A stretch of 64,000 bases of DNA from Piromyces finnis finn (taxonomy: Eukaryota; Fungi; Neocallimastigomycota), in NCBI GenBank assembly GCA_002104945.1, contig MCFH01000038.1:248001-312000 (forward strand), read 5' to 3'. Shown in pieces: positions 44,641-55,870 of the stretch. The notes under the pieces were generated by a model. It had not been told where the DNA came from, searched no databases, and saw nothing but the letters and a program-made list of their open reading frames with translations. The translations under genes and the position numbers were made by a program. How positions within the stretch are numbered: the first letter of the stretch is position 1; the number at the start of each line of letters is the position of its first letter.

Positions 44641-47600
44641 GATTAAAAAACATTTTATTCATCAAATTTAAGTATTTGATGAATAAGTGAATGTTTGATT
44701 TTTCAGGTAAGTTTGTATAGTATTTAATTAGAAGAGTAATACATTTTGTTGCTGTATTTTTTCTTTTATTCATGTATTCATGTAGTACTACTCTTCTCTT
44801 GTAAGAATCCAATGTAGTCAACTTTAGCATTTGCATTGTACTTTTATATTCATGTAGCTATTGTTGTATTGTTTCTTGTAAGAGACTGATTCACTCTACA
44901 TCATGTAAAAATACTATTCACAAGCTTTCTGGTGTCGACATTCTTGATTCAAATTTTTTACCAATTTAAATATTTAATGAAAAGTAAAGTCAAACAAGTT
45001 TAGTGTCAAAAAGCGAATCGAATTTACTAACAACAAACCAAAACTAGAATTTTTAAAGAAAATTTACAACTAGAATTCAAAAAAAAGAAACTTTAAACAA
45101 AGCATCGTAACAATTTTTGTACTATCCAGTACTTTTAAGAAGAGAGAGAGAGACAGATTTTTTTCCATATACGTTATATTTGTAATTTTTATTAGTATTT
45201 ATTTTATATTCAATATTTTTTAATTAGAATTTATTATCATGTCAGTCCCTTATATTAAAGATAAGAATTATATCAGACGTGGTACCCGGTCTTATGGTAT
45301 CCCCTTAGATGATATTCGCTCCTTCTTTATCCGTGGTATTCGATCATGGTCAGTAAATATGCTATGGGAAAAACTCGAGGTTATTCTAGAAGATAAATTT
45401 AATTCAGTTATTAGTGTTAAATATTTTCAAACTTTCAATGATCACTTTTTCTTAGTCAAGGTTCATGGTTCATCAAAAGATTGTATTAAAATCTTACACA
45501 TGTTAAAGAAGAAACTTTCAGTTACCTCAATTTCCTTTTCAGCTCGTAGTAGAAGGAATCACAAATACACTTTTTCCACTCTCAAACGTAAAATTTTAGT
45601 TTCTAATAAACATCAACATTCTATTCAACAATCATTTCAACAATCAGTTCAACAATCTCATCAACAATCCGATCTTCAACAAGATCTTCAACAGGATCTT
45701 CAACAAGTTTCCCATCATGAAAATATTCCAGATCTACAGCAAACACAATTTCAATCTCAACATTCAACAATTAATTCTAATAGTTCTATCAACTCTGATA
45801 ACAGTTCAATAGTTGATAGTTCTTCAGTTTCACAGCCATCTAGTAATAGTTCTACTTATTCCTCTGATGCATCATCCATTAATAACGATGACTTTAATAA
45901 TAATAATAATAGCAACGATTCTTCCTCATCCAACAAGCCTGATAACTTTTCTTTTTGTCTTAGTTGGAACACCAATGGGTGGAATCATGAAAAGAGGGAT
46001 AGTATTAGCTATTTCACAGCTATTTTCAAACCATTATTCTTATGTTTCCAAGAAACTGGTAATGGTTCTGGTTCGAATACAGATTATCCTTGTCGTGTTA
46101 CTTTGCGAAACTATAGACACTTTTTCAAGAAAGCTGACGAATCAGTTCCGGGAATGAGAGGTTTATATTTAGGTTTTCACAATTCGTGTCAAGCCTCACT
46201 TGAAAACTTCTCTGGAAAGTATATTATTTCTATTTATACTTTTAGTCTCTGGAATAGATTCAAATGCTCGATTGGAAATGTTTATATGCCTCATAGTCAT
46301 CACAACATCTATGTTGATCATGCAAAGTTAGAAGTTCGCTTGTGGTTACAAACTCATTCATCCCATCCATCGATTCTTGTTGGTGATTTTAATATGTCTA
46401 AAGTAAAATTATCCAACTGGTTATCAACTAATGGATTAGGAGATTGGGAAATTCTTCCGCTTAGAGGGTCTACTATCTCTTGGACTCGAGGTGATCAATC
46501 TTCCGACATTGACCATGCTCTTATCAATTCGAAGATGAAAGATCTTATTCACTCAGGATCATTTATAAATAATTTTTATCCTGTATCAGACCATAAGCCA
46601 CTTCTTATTAATGGTAAAATTATTCCTATGGAAGATTTTTCTAATGACTTTAACGTTCCTAAGAAAATTCTGAAATGGAATAGATTAAAATGTACTGAGG
46701 AAAAGGAATCTATTCTCAGTCATAATAAATTCCAAATACTTTCAGCAAAATTCAACGATCCTAATGCTTCTACAGATGAACTTTCCAAAGAATTTACTTC
46801 AACTGCTTTTTCAATTGCAGACGAGCTCAGTATTACCTCAGCAAATAATGTTATAAAGTCTTCATTTCATATTTCACAACAAATTTTTAATCTCCAAAAA
46901 ATCAAAATGAAGTTGTATAAGAGATTTAAAAAAGAAAGAATTTATGATATAGATGAATTTATTAAAAGAATTAAAATCTACCGTAAGCTCATTGATTACA
47001 TCCACAAAAGATGTAATGAATTTAGGAAGCAAGAATATCTTCATTGGATTAAAACAGGATGTGAGTATATGAAGAGTCATAATCCTAAGAAGGCCTGGAA
47101 ATGGATCAAAAAAACTGCAAAAATTGGAAAAGATTCTTTCTTTATTGCTCAACCAATTAAAAACAAAAATGGAGAATTAGTTGTTGCTACGGAAGAACAA
47201 CTAGATGTGTGGCATGATCATTTCGAAAATCTTGCATCAGATCCAAGTGGTGTAAGTCTTGATTTGGAGCATTGGTATGAAGAACCAATGAATAAACGTT
47301 TTTCACTTCCTATGCTTGATGAGTGGGATATCAACCAAGATATTAGTATTGATGAAGTCAAGTCAGCTATCCTCTCTACTCCAAATTATAAAGCATCAGG
47401 TCCGGATGGTATTCCAATTGAATTTTACAAAGCATTAATTCCATCAAGTAATGATTCTAATAATGCTACAGATAATAATTCTTCTGGTAATACTACTTCA
47501 GATAATGATGCTCATGGTTTAAATTTTATTCTTAAATTATTTAACCGTATTTGGGATGGAGATTTCCCCAACTCATGGAATGAATCCAGTATTGTTTCTA

Positions 47601-49995
47601 TTCCTAAGAAGGGAGATTTGACAGATTGTGATAACTATCGAGGTATATCACTTATCAATAATGGTATTAAGTTGATCTCCAAAATTGTCACCACTAGAAT
47701 CTCAGAATATGGTCTAAAGAATAATTTCATTAGACCTGAACAATTTGGTTTTCGAAAAAAGGAAGAAAGTATCAGTCTTTTCATTTCAATCCAAGAAATA
47801 TGCCGTAGACGTCAATTAGATAATAAAGAGACATATTTGGCCTTTTTAGATCTCAGGAAAGCATACGATTCAGTCCCAATCGGTAATATTCTCCATAAAT
47901 TAGATTGTTTAGGAATCCGAGGTAAGAGTTTACAATTTATCAAAAATTTATATTTAACATCTAAGGCTAATGTCAAATTAGATGGACAATTCTCGAAATC
48001 TTTTGATGTGAAGAAAGGAGTCCGTCAAGGATGCCCTCTTTCTCCTATTCTCTTTAATCTCTTTATTAATGATATATTTAGAGAGTGCGAAGATCTAGGA
48101 GTCAGTTTAGGTGACACTCGATGCTGTGGTGGACTTTTTGCAGATGATATAGTTATTTGTGCTCCAACAAGAGGATGCTTAAAAAAGATGCTTAGAAGAG
48201 TTAATGAATGGGCACTGTATAATGAAATGGAATTTGGTATCCAGAAATGTTCAACGATGGTGATTCGTCCTGAATCAATAGAAAATCAGAACAAGAGAGA
48301 TCCAACATTTTACTTAGCAGGACAACCCATTCCAACTACTGATTGCTATACTTATCTTGGTGTTCCATTTGATAAGAATCTGTCCCTTAAACCAGTAATT
48401 AAAGCTCTTAATAACAAGGTTTTGAAAGGACTTTTCTCAGTCAGTAAATTCTTAAGAAATCCTAATATTCCTATTCCTTTCAAAAAACTAGTACTTAACT
48501 CACAAGTGATTAGCAGAGTTTCATACTTTGCACCATTACTTGGATCCAACAAAGCTAGGTCTAGGATTGCTCAGAAGCATGTTAACAAAGGAATACGATG
48601 GGTTGCCGGAGTTCATAAAGCTGTATCGTTTATATCTTTATACTCTATCTCAAAAGATTTGAATATTCCTCCATTGTCAGCCAAATGTGCGTTAGCTCAG
48701 GTTAGATGTTTTAACAAATGGAAAAACTCAAATTGTATTATCTCACACCTTGTCAATTACATTCCTAAATTTAGAAAATACACGTGGTGCAAATCAAGTA
48801 GGACACTTGATAAAAAATTAAAGAAACATGGAGATGTTAAAGCAGTTAAAAACTTTTATTGGAAAGATCTCAAAGGGAATTCAATCAAAGCGCAATATTA
48901 TGATGATAATAAATTTATTGAAACTAAAGATTTTATTAAATTATGTTATGAGTACCCAGAGTTTGCCTATGGCTTCTACTGGCTATTGAAAGCAAGAAGC
49001 GGATACAAGTTGGATGCTAGAGTTGCCAAAGCTGCCAAATTTGTTGATCCAGTTTGTCCTAACTACTGTCCATGTTGCAAGTGTGGAGATCAAAGTATTA
49101 AACATTGGTTATTAGATTGTCCAACATTTAGAGATATCCGTATTAAACATTATGATTCCATAGTCCAGCTATTAAATTTTTTCAGTCAACGTAATTCCAA
49201 TAGTCCTATCAATAATAATGAAATTGATAATATCAGTAGAGATAGTAATAACATTAATAGTAATAGTAACAATAGTAGTAATAACAATAGTAATAGTAAC
49301 AATAGTAATAGTAACAATAGTAATAATAACAATAATAGAAATAATAATATTAGTAATGATAGCAATAGTGAAGATAATAATTCTAATTTAGATAGTAATT
49401 TAGTTAATGATAGTAATAGTTCTAATAATCCGGTGAATATTAATGTGTATGATTATTCTAGTGTGTGCAGTAAAATATTTAAATTCCTTCTTGGGGGAAG
49501 AAGTTTTAACAATATCAATTACAATTCAAGGGAATGGAAAGAACTTTGAAAGCGTCAGATTCAATCTGGTACTAATGAAGGAGCACCATTCTTGACGGTA
49601 ACCGCGGAACTTCTAACCAAAATCATGCCTTTTGCTATTGGCCAGCAATGGTCAATGTTCAAAAGGTTTGAAGCAACATCCAAGAGCGTCAATGCTGAAG
49701 AAACAGTAAGACAGGCCAGGAGGGCCAGCGCAACCAATGGAGATCATAATTTTGTTCCATGACAAAATTTTGATCTTTGGCTCGGTGTCCCATTGGAAGT
49801 CAAATACAATTATTATACTTTAGTATGATAGTGGCTTTCTTACTTTAATTAAAATTACTAGAATACATTATACCCAATTTTTATTCATTTGTGTTTATTT
49901 AAACATATTTTTTTTATTTTTATTATTTTTAATTATTTATTACATGTATTATAATTTTAATTAAATTAATAATAAAGTTTAAAATATTTGATGCC

Positions 49996-50032
<37 letters not shown>
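44282..50032 (+). mobile_element. Non-LTR retrotransposon (LINE), copy 1, near-intact
   Basis: ~1-kb 5' leader, one long ORF, ~235-nt 3' UTR and an (A)34 tail (49999-50032). Flanked by the 16-bp direct repeat GTCTACTCATGCTCAT (44266-44281 and 50033-50048). Confidence 0.93.
45239..49549 (+). CDS. LINE polyprotein: N-terminal domain, APE endonuclease, reverse transcriptase, C-terminal Cys/His zinc motif
   Basis: APE motifs SWNTNG, FQETG, VGDFN, DIDHAL, SDHKP. RT motifs GPDG, IPKKGD, NYRGISL, QFGFR, FLDLRKAYDSV, GVRQGCPLSPILF, LFADD (48143-48148), YTYLG. Zinc motif CPCCKCGDQSIKHWLLDC. The frame stays open for 70 more codons after the TGA at 49547, to 49762. Confidence 0.95.
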   Translation: MSVPYIKDKNYIRRGTRSYGIPLDDIRSFFIRGIRSWSVNMLWEKLEVILEDKFNSVISVKYFQTFNDHFFLVKVHGSSKDCIKILHMLKKKLSVTSISFSARSRRNHKYTFSTLKRKILVSNKHQHSIQQSFQQSVQQSHQQSDLQQDLQQDLQQVSHHENIPDLQQTQFQSQHSTINSNSSINSDNSSIVDSSSVSQPSSNSSTYSSDASSINNDDFNNNNNSNDSSSSNKPDNFSFCLSWNTNGWNHEKRDSISYFTAIFKPLFLCFQETGNGSGSNTDYPCRVTLRNYRHFFKKADESVPGMRGLYLGFHNSCQASLENFSGKYIISIYTFSLWNRFKCSIGNVYMPHSHHNIYVDHAKLEVRLWLQTHSSHPSILVGDFNMSKVKLSNWLSTNGLGDWEILPLRGSTISWTRGDQSSDIDHALINSKMKDLIHSGSFINNFYPVSDHKPLLINGKIIPMEDFSNDFNVPKKILKWNRLKCTEEKESILSHNKFQILSAKFNDPNASTDELSKEFTSTAFSIADELSITSANNVIKSSFHISQQIFNLQKIKMKLYKRFKKERIYDIDEFIKRIKIYRKLIDYIHKRCNEFRKQEYLHWIKTGCEYMKSHNPKKAWKWIKKTAKIGKDSFFIAQPIKNKNGELVVATEEQLDVWHDHFENLASDPSGVSLDLEHWYEEPMNKRFSLPMLDEWDINQDISIDEVKSAILSTPNYKASGPDGIPIEFYKALIPSSNDSNNATDNNSSGNTTSDNDAHGLNFILKLFNRIWDGDFPNSWNESSIVSIPKKGDLTDCDNYRGISLINNGIKLISKIVTTRISEYGLKNNFIRPEQFGFRKKEESISLFISIQEICRRRQLDNKETYLAFLDLRKAYDSVPIGNILHKLDCLGIRGKSLQFIKNLYLTSKANVKLDGQFSKSFDVKKGVRQGCPLSPILFNLFINDIFRECEDLGVSLGDTRCCGGLFADDIVICAPTRGCLKKMLRRVNEWALYNEMEFGIQKCSTMVIRPESIENQNKRDPTFYLAGQPIPTTDCYTYLGVPFDKNLSLKPVIKALNNKVLKGLFSVSKFLRNPNIPIPFKKLVLNSQVISRVSYFAPLLGSNKARSRIAQKHVNKGIRWVAGVHKAVSFISLYSISKDLNIPPLSAKCALAQVRCFNKWKNSNCIISHLVNYIPKFRKYTWCKSSRTLDKKLKKHGDVKAVKNFYWKDLKGNSIKAQYYDDNKFIETKDFIKLCYEYPEFAYGFYWLLKARSGYKLDARVAKAAKFVDPVCPNYCPCCKCGDQSIKHWLLDCPTFRDIRIKHYDSIVQLLNFFSQRNSNSPINNNEIDNISRDSNNINSNSNNSSNNNSNSNNSNSNNSNNNNNRNNNISNDSNSEDNNSNLDSNLVNDSNSSNNPVNINVYDYSSVCSKIFKFLLGGRSFNNINYNSREWKEL

Positions 50033-50036
<4 letters not shown>

Positions 50037-53000
50037 ACTCATGCTCATATCCTCTTGGGAACGTGCCTTCATTTATTTAATAAATGTAGTTTCTCAAGGG
50101 GGTCTACTCATGCTCATGGTACTGAGAGAGTAGAAAGAATTAAATCCAAGTATTGCGCAATGGATGCTTGGTGCCCTCTTAGGAATGTGCCTTCATTTAT
50201 TTAATAAATGTAGTTTCTCAAGGGGGTCTACTCATGCTCATGGTACTGAGAGAGTAGAAAGAATTAAATCCAAGCATTGCGCAATGGATGCTTGGTTAGT
50301 CTTCAAGGGAAAATTATTAGGACTAAGCTCATGGTACTGAGCGATTAAAAAACATTTTATTCATCAAATTTAAGTATTTGATGAATAAGTGAATGTTTGA
50401 TTTTTCAGGTAAGTTTGTATAGTATTTAATTAGAAGAGTAATACATTTTGTTGCTGTATTTTTTCTTTTATTCATGTATTCATGTAGTACTACTCTTCTC
50501 TTGTAAGAATCCAATGTAGTCAACTTTAGCATTTGCATTGTACTTTTATATTCATGTAGCTATTGTTGTATTGTTTCTTGTAAGAGACTGATTCACTCTA
50601 CATCATGTAAAAATACTATTCACAAGCTTTCTGGTGTCGACATTCTTGATTCAAATTTTTTACCAATTTAAATATTTAATGAAAAGTAAAGTCAAACAAG
50701 TTTAGTGTCAAAAAGCGAATCGAATTTACTAACAACAAACCAAAACTAGAATTTTTAAAGAAAATTTACAACTAGAATTCAAAAAAAAAAAGAAACTTTA
50801 AACAAAACATCGTAACAATTTTTTATTTATTTTATATTCAATATTTTTTAATTAGAATTTATTATCATGTCAGTCCTTTATATTAAAGATAAGAATTATA
50901 TCAGACGTGGTACCCGGTCTTATGGTATCCCCTTAGATGATATTCGCTCCTTCTTTATCCGTGGTATTCGATCATGGTCAGTAAATATGCTATGGGAAAA
51001 ACTCGAGGTTATTCTAGAAGATAAATTTAATTCAGTTATTAGTGTTAAATATTTTCAGACTTTCAATGATCACTTTTTCTTAGTCAAGGTTCATGGTTCA
51101 TCGAAAGATTGTATTAAAATCTTACACATATTAAAGAAGAAACTTTCAGTTACCTCAATTTCCTTTTCAGCTCGTAGTAGAAGGAATCACAAATACACTT
51201 TTTCCACTCTCAAACGTAAAATTTTAGTTTCTAATAAACATCAACATTCTATTCAACAATCATTTCAACAATCAGTTCAACAATCTCATCAACAATCCGA
51301 TCTTCAACAAGATCTTCAACAAGATCTTCAACAAGTTTCCAATCATGAAAATATTCCAGATCTACAGCAAACACAATTTCAATCTCAACATTCAACAATT
51401 AATTCTAATAGCTCTATCAACTCTGATAACAGTTCAATAGTTGATAGTTCTTCAGTTTCACAGCCATCTAGTAATAGTTCTACTTATTCCTCTGATGCAT
51501 CATCCATTAATAACAATGACTTTAATAATAATAATAATAGCAACGATTCTTCCTCATCCAACAAGCCTGATAACTTTTCTTTTTGTCTTAGTTGGAACAC
51601 CAATGGGTGGAATCACGAAAAGAGAGATAGTATTAGCTATTTCACAGCTATTTTCAAACCATTATTTTTATGTTTCCAAGAAACTGGTAATGGTTCTGGA
51701 TCGAATACAGATTATCCTTGTCGTGTTACTTTGCGAAACTATAGACACTTTTTCAAGAAAGCCGACGAATCAGTTCCGGGAATGAGAGGTTTATATTTAG
51801 GTTTTCACAATTCATGTCAAGCCTCACTTGAAAACTTCTCTGGAAAGTATATTATTTCTATTTTATACTTTTAGTCTCTGGAATAGATTCAAATGCTCGA
51901 TTGGTAATGTTTATATGCCTCATAGTCATCACAACATCTATGTTGATCATGCAAAGTTAGAAGTTCGCTTGTGGTTACAAACTCATTCATCCCATCCATC
52001 GATTCTTGTTGGTGATTTTAATATGTCTAAAGTAAAATTATCCAACTGGTTATCAACTAATGGATTAGGAGATTGGGAAATTCTTCCGCTTAGAGGGTCT
52101 ACTATCTCTTGGACTCGAGGTGATCAATCTTCCGACATTGACCATGCTCTTATCAATTCGAAGATGAAAGATCTTATTCACTCAGGATCATTTATAAATA
52201 ATTTTTATCCTGTATCAGACCATAAGCCACTTCTTATTAATGGTAAAATTATTCCTATGGAAGATTTTTCTAATGACTTTAATGTTCCTAAGAAAACTCT
52301 GAAATGGAATAGATTAAAATGTATTGAGGAAAAGGAATCTATTCTCAGTCATAATAAATTCCAAATACTTTCAGCAAAATTCAACGATCCTAATATTTCT
52401 ACAGATGAACTTTCCAAAGAATTTACTTCAACTGCTTTTTCAATTGCAGACGAGCTCAGTATTACTTCAGCAAATAATGTTATAAAGTCTTCATTTCATA
52501 TTTCACAACAAATTTTTAATCTTCAAAAAATCAAAATGAAGTTGTATAAGAGATTTAAAAAAGAAAGAATTTATGATATAGATGAATTTATTAAAAGAAT
52601 TAAAATCTACCGTAAACTCATTGATTACATCCACAAAAGATGTAATGAATTTAGGAAGCAAGAATATCTTCATTGGATTAAAACAGGATGTGAGTATATG
52701 AAGAGTCATAATCCTAAGAAGGCCTGGAAATGGATCAAGAAAACTGCAAAAATTGGAAAAGATTCTTTCTTTATTGCTCAACCAATTAAAAATAAAAATG
52801 GAGAATTAGTTGTTGCTACGGAAGAACAACTAGATGTGTGGCATGATCATTTCGAAAATCTTGCATCAGATCCAAGTGGTGTAAGTCTTGATTTGGAGCA
52901 TTGGTATGAAGAACCAACGAATAAACGTTTTTCACTTCCTATGCTTGATGAGTGGGATATCAACCAAGATATTAGTATTGATGAAGTCAAGTCAGCTATC

Positions 53001-55035
53001 CTCTCTACTCCAAATTATAAAGCATCAGGTCCGGATGGTATTCCAATTGAATTTTACAAAGCATTAGTTCCATCAAGTAATGATTCTAATAATGCTACAG
53101 ATAATAATTCTTCTGGTAATACTACTTCAGATAATGATGCTCATGGTTTAAATTTTATTCTTAAATTATTTAACCGTATTTGGGATGGAGATTTCCCCAA
53201 CTCATGGAATGAATCCAGTATTGTTTCTATTCCTAAGAAGGGAGATTTGACAGATTGTGATAACTATCGAGGTATATCACTTATCAATAATGGTATTAAG
53301 TTGATTTCCAAAATTGTCACCACTAGAATCTCAGAATATGGTTTAAAGAATAATTTCATTAGACCTGAACAATTTGGTTTTCGAAAAAAGGAAGAAAGTA
53401 TCAGTCTTTTCATTTCAATCCAAGAAATATGCCGTAGACGTCAATTAGATAATAAAGAGACATATTTAGCCTTTTTAGATCTCAGGAAAGCATACGATTT
53501 AGTCCCAATCGGTAATATTCTCCATAAATTAGATTGTTTAGGAATCCGAGGTAAGAGTTTACAATTTATCAAAAATTTATATTTAACATCTAAGGCTAAT
53601 GTCAAATTAGATGGACAATTCTCGAAATCTTTTGATGTGAAGAAAGGAGTCCGTCAAGGTTGCCCACTTTCGCCTATTCTTTTTAATCTCTTTATTAATG
53701 ATATATTTAGGGAGTGCGAAGATCTTGGAGTCAGTTTAGGTGACACTCGATGATGTGGTTGACTTTTTGCAAATGATATAGTTATTTGTGCTCCAACAAG
53801 AGGATGCTTAAAAAAGATGCTTAGAAGAGTTAATGAATGGGCCTTGTATAATGAAATGGAATTTGGTATTCAGAAATGTTCAACGATGGTGATTCGTCCT
53901 GAATCAATAGAAAATCAGAACAAGAGAGATCCAACATTTTACTTAGCAGGACAACCCATTCCAACTACTGATTGCTATACTTATCTTGGTGTTCCATTTG
54001 ATAAGAATTTGTTCCTTAAACCAGTAATTAAAGCTCTTAATAACAAGGTTTTGAAAGGACTTTTCTCAGTCAGTAAATTCTTAAGAAATCCAAATATTTC
54101 TATTCCTTTCAAAAAACTAGTACTTAACTCACAAGTAATCAGCAGAGTTTTATACTTTGCACCATTACTTGGATCCAACAAAGCTAGGTCTAGGATTGCT
54201 CAGAAGCATGCTAACAAAGGAATACGATGGATTGACGGAGTTCATAAAGCTGTATCTTTTATATCTCTATACTCTATCTCAAAAGATTTGAATATTCCTT
54301 CATTGTCAGCCAAATGTGCGTTAGCTCAGGTTAGATGTTTTAACAAATGGAAAAAACTCAAATTGTATTATCTCACACCTTGTCAATTACATTCCTAAAT
54401 AATAGTAATAATAACAATAGTAGTAGTAGAAATAATAATATTAGTAATAATAGCAATAGTGAAGATAATAATTCTAATTTAGATTGTAATTTAATTAATA
54501 GTAGTAATAGTTCTAATAATCCGGTGAATATTAATGTGTATGATTATTCTAGTGTGTGCAGTAAAATATTTAAATTCCTTCTTGGGGGAAGAAGTTTTAA
54601 CAATATCAATTACAATTCAAGGGAATGGAAAGAACTTTACAAGTGTCAGATTCAATCTGGCACAAACAAAGGAATACCATTCTTGACGGTAATCGCGGAA
54701 CTTCTAACCAAAATCATGCCTTTTGCTATTGACCAGCAATGGTCAATGTTCAAAAGGTTTGAAGCAACATCCAAGAGCGTCAATGCCGAAGAAACAGTAA
54801 GACAGGCCAGGAGGGCCAGCGCAACCAATGGAGATCATAATTTTGTTCCATGACAAAATTTTGATCCTTGGCTCGGTGTCCCATTGGAAGTCAACTACAA
54901 TTATATTATACTTTAGTAGAATAGTGGCTTTCTTACTTTAATTAAAATGACTCGAATACATTATACCCAATTTTTATTCATTTGTGTTAATTTAAACCTA
55001 TTTTTTTTTTTTTTATTTTTTTATAAAAAAATAAA
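50033..55035 (+). mobile_element. LINE copy 2, disabled, directly after the poly(A) of copy 1
   Basis: Near-identical to copy 1 but carries a +1 T at ~51861, stops at 53751 and 53760, FADD->FAND (53772), a +1 A at ~54351, a ~545-bp deletion removing the zinc motif, a ~75-bp leader deletion, and only a short A tail. Confidence 0.93.
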
Positions 55036-55309
55036 GATGTGAGTCTTGATTTAGAGTAGGTATGAAAAAAAAAAAAAAAATATTAATTCTTTTGACTAAT
55101 TATTTTTTTTCTGATACTAAATTTTTAAGAAATAATTCTATTAAGGATAATACTTTATACTTCTAGTATTACTTTAAGTTACAATACTTTCAAATTTTCA
55201 GTAATAATACTTTTTTTCGGAAATATTATTATTATTATTTTTTTTTTTTAGGTTAAGTTTTTATTCATAAATTATTCAATTGAATTTGAGATGATAGTGA
55301 TTTTTTCAT

Positions 55310-55870
55310 AGCTTTTGGAATGAATCCAAAGTATTGTTTCAATATTTCTAAAGAAAGGGAGATTTAACTGATTACAATAATCATTCATGTGGTAACCTCC
55401 CATATATTGATAATGATATCAGATTAATTTCCAAAAAAAAAAAAAAAAAAAAAAATTGTCACTACTAGAATCTCGAAAATATGGACTTAAAAACAATTTT
55501 ATTAGAAATGGAACCATTTAGTTTTTAGCTAAAAAGGTAAAAAAAAAAAAAAAAAGTATTTTTCTTTTCCTTTCAATTCGTAAAGTATGCTGTAGTGCTG
55601 TAGACATCAATAAAAAAAAAAGATAATAATAGTTGAAAAAAAAAACCTATACTTAATGATCTACTTTTTTAACGATTAAAGTGGAACTTTTCACTATTAT
55701 CATGTCTTATATTATTATTGACCAACAATGGTCAATATTCAAAAAGGTTTATAACTGTTAATGGTAAGATCGGAAGACAGGATTCTACAAATTCTTATCC
55801 TTCCTGTCCAAATTTAATAGTTAAAAACTACAATAGTTATATACTTTAATAGAATATGGTGGTTTCCTTT
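55310..55870 (+). pseudogene. Highly decayed third LINE relic (RT and 3' end fragments)
   Basis: tggaatgaatccaaagtattgtttc..aaagggagatttaactgat, aaaattgtcactactagaatctc..atatggacttaaaaacaattttattaga, attgaccaacaatggtcaatattcaaaaaggttt and tacaatagttatatactttaatagaat align collinearly with LINE RT and 3' segments. Confidence 0.8.

Noticed and set aside
44400-44645. Canonical hammerhead ribozyme in the LINE leader
   Set aside because: CTGAGAG and CTGAGCGA do not fit the CUGANGA core with a correctly placed GAAA. Other ribozyme classes remain untested.
44627-44836. 69-aa antisense ORF, duplicated at 50329-50538
   Set aside because: Identical only because it lies in the duplicated LINE leader; no recognisable domain.
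45239-54853. RIP-type hypermutation between LINE copies
   Set aside because: The differences I inspected are a mix of transitions, transversions and indels without an obvious C->T dinucleotide bias.
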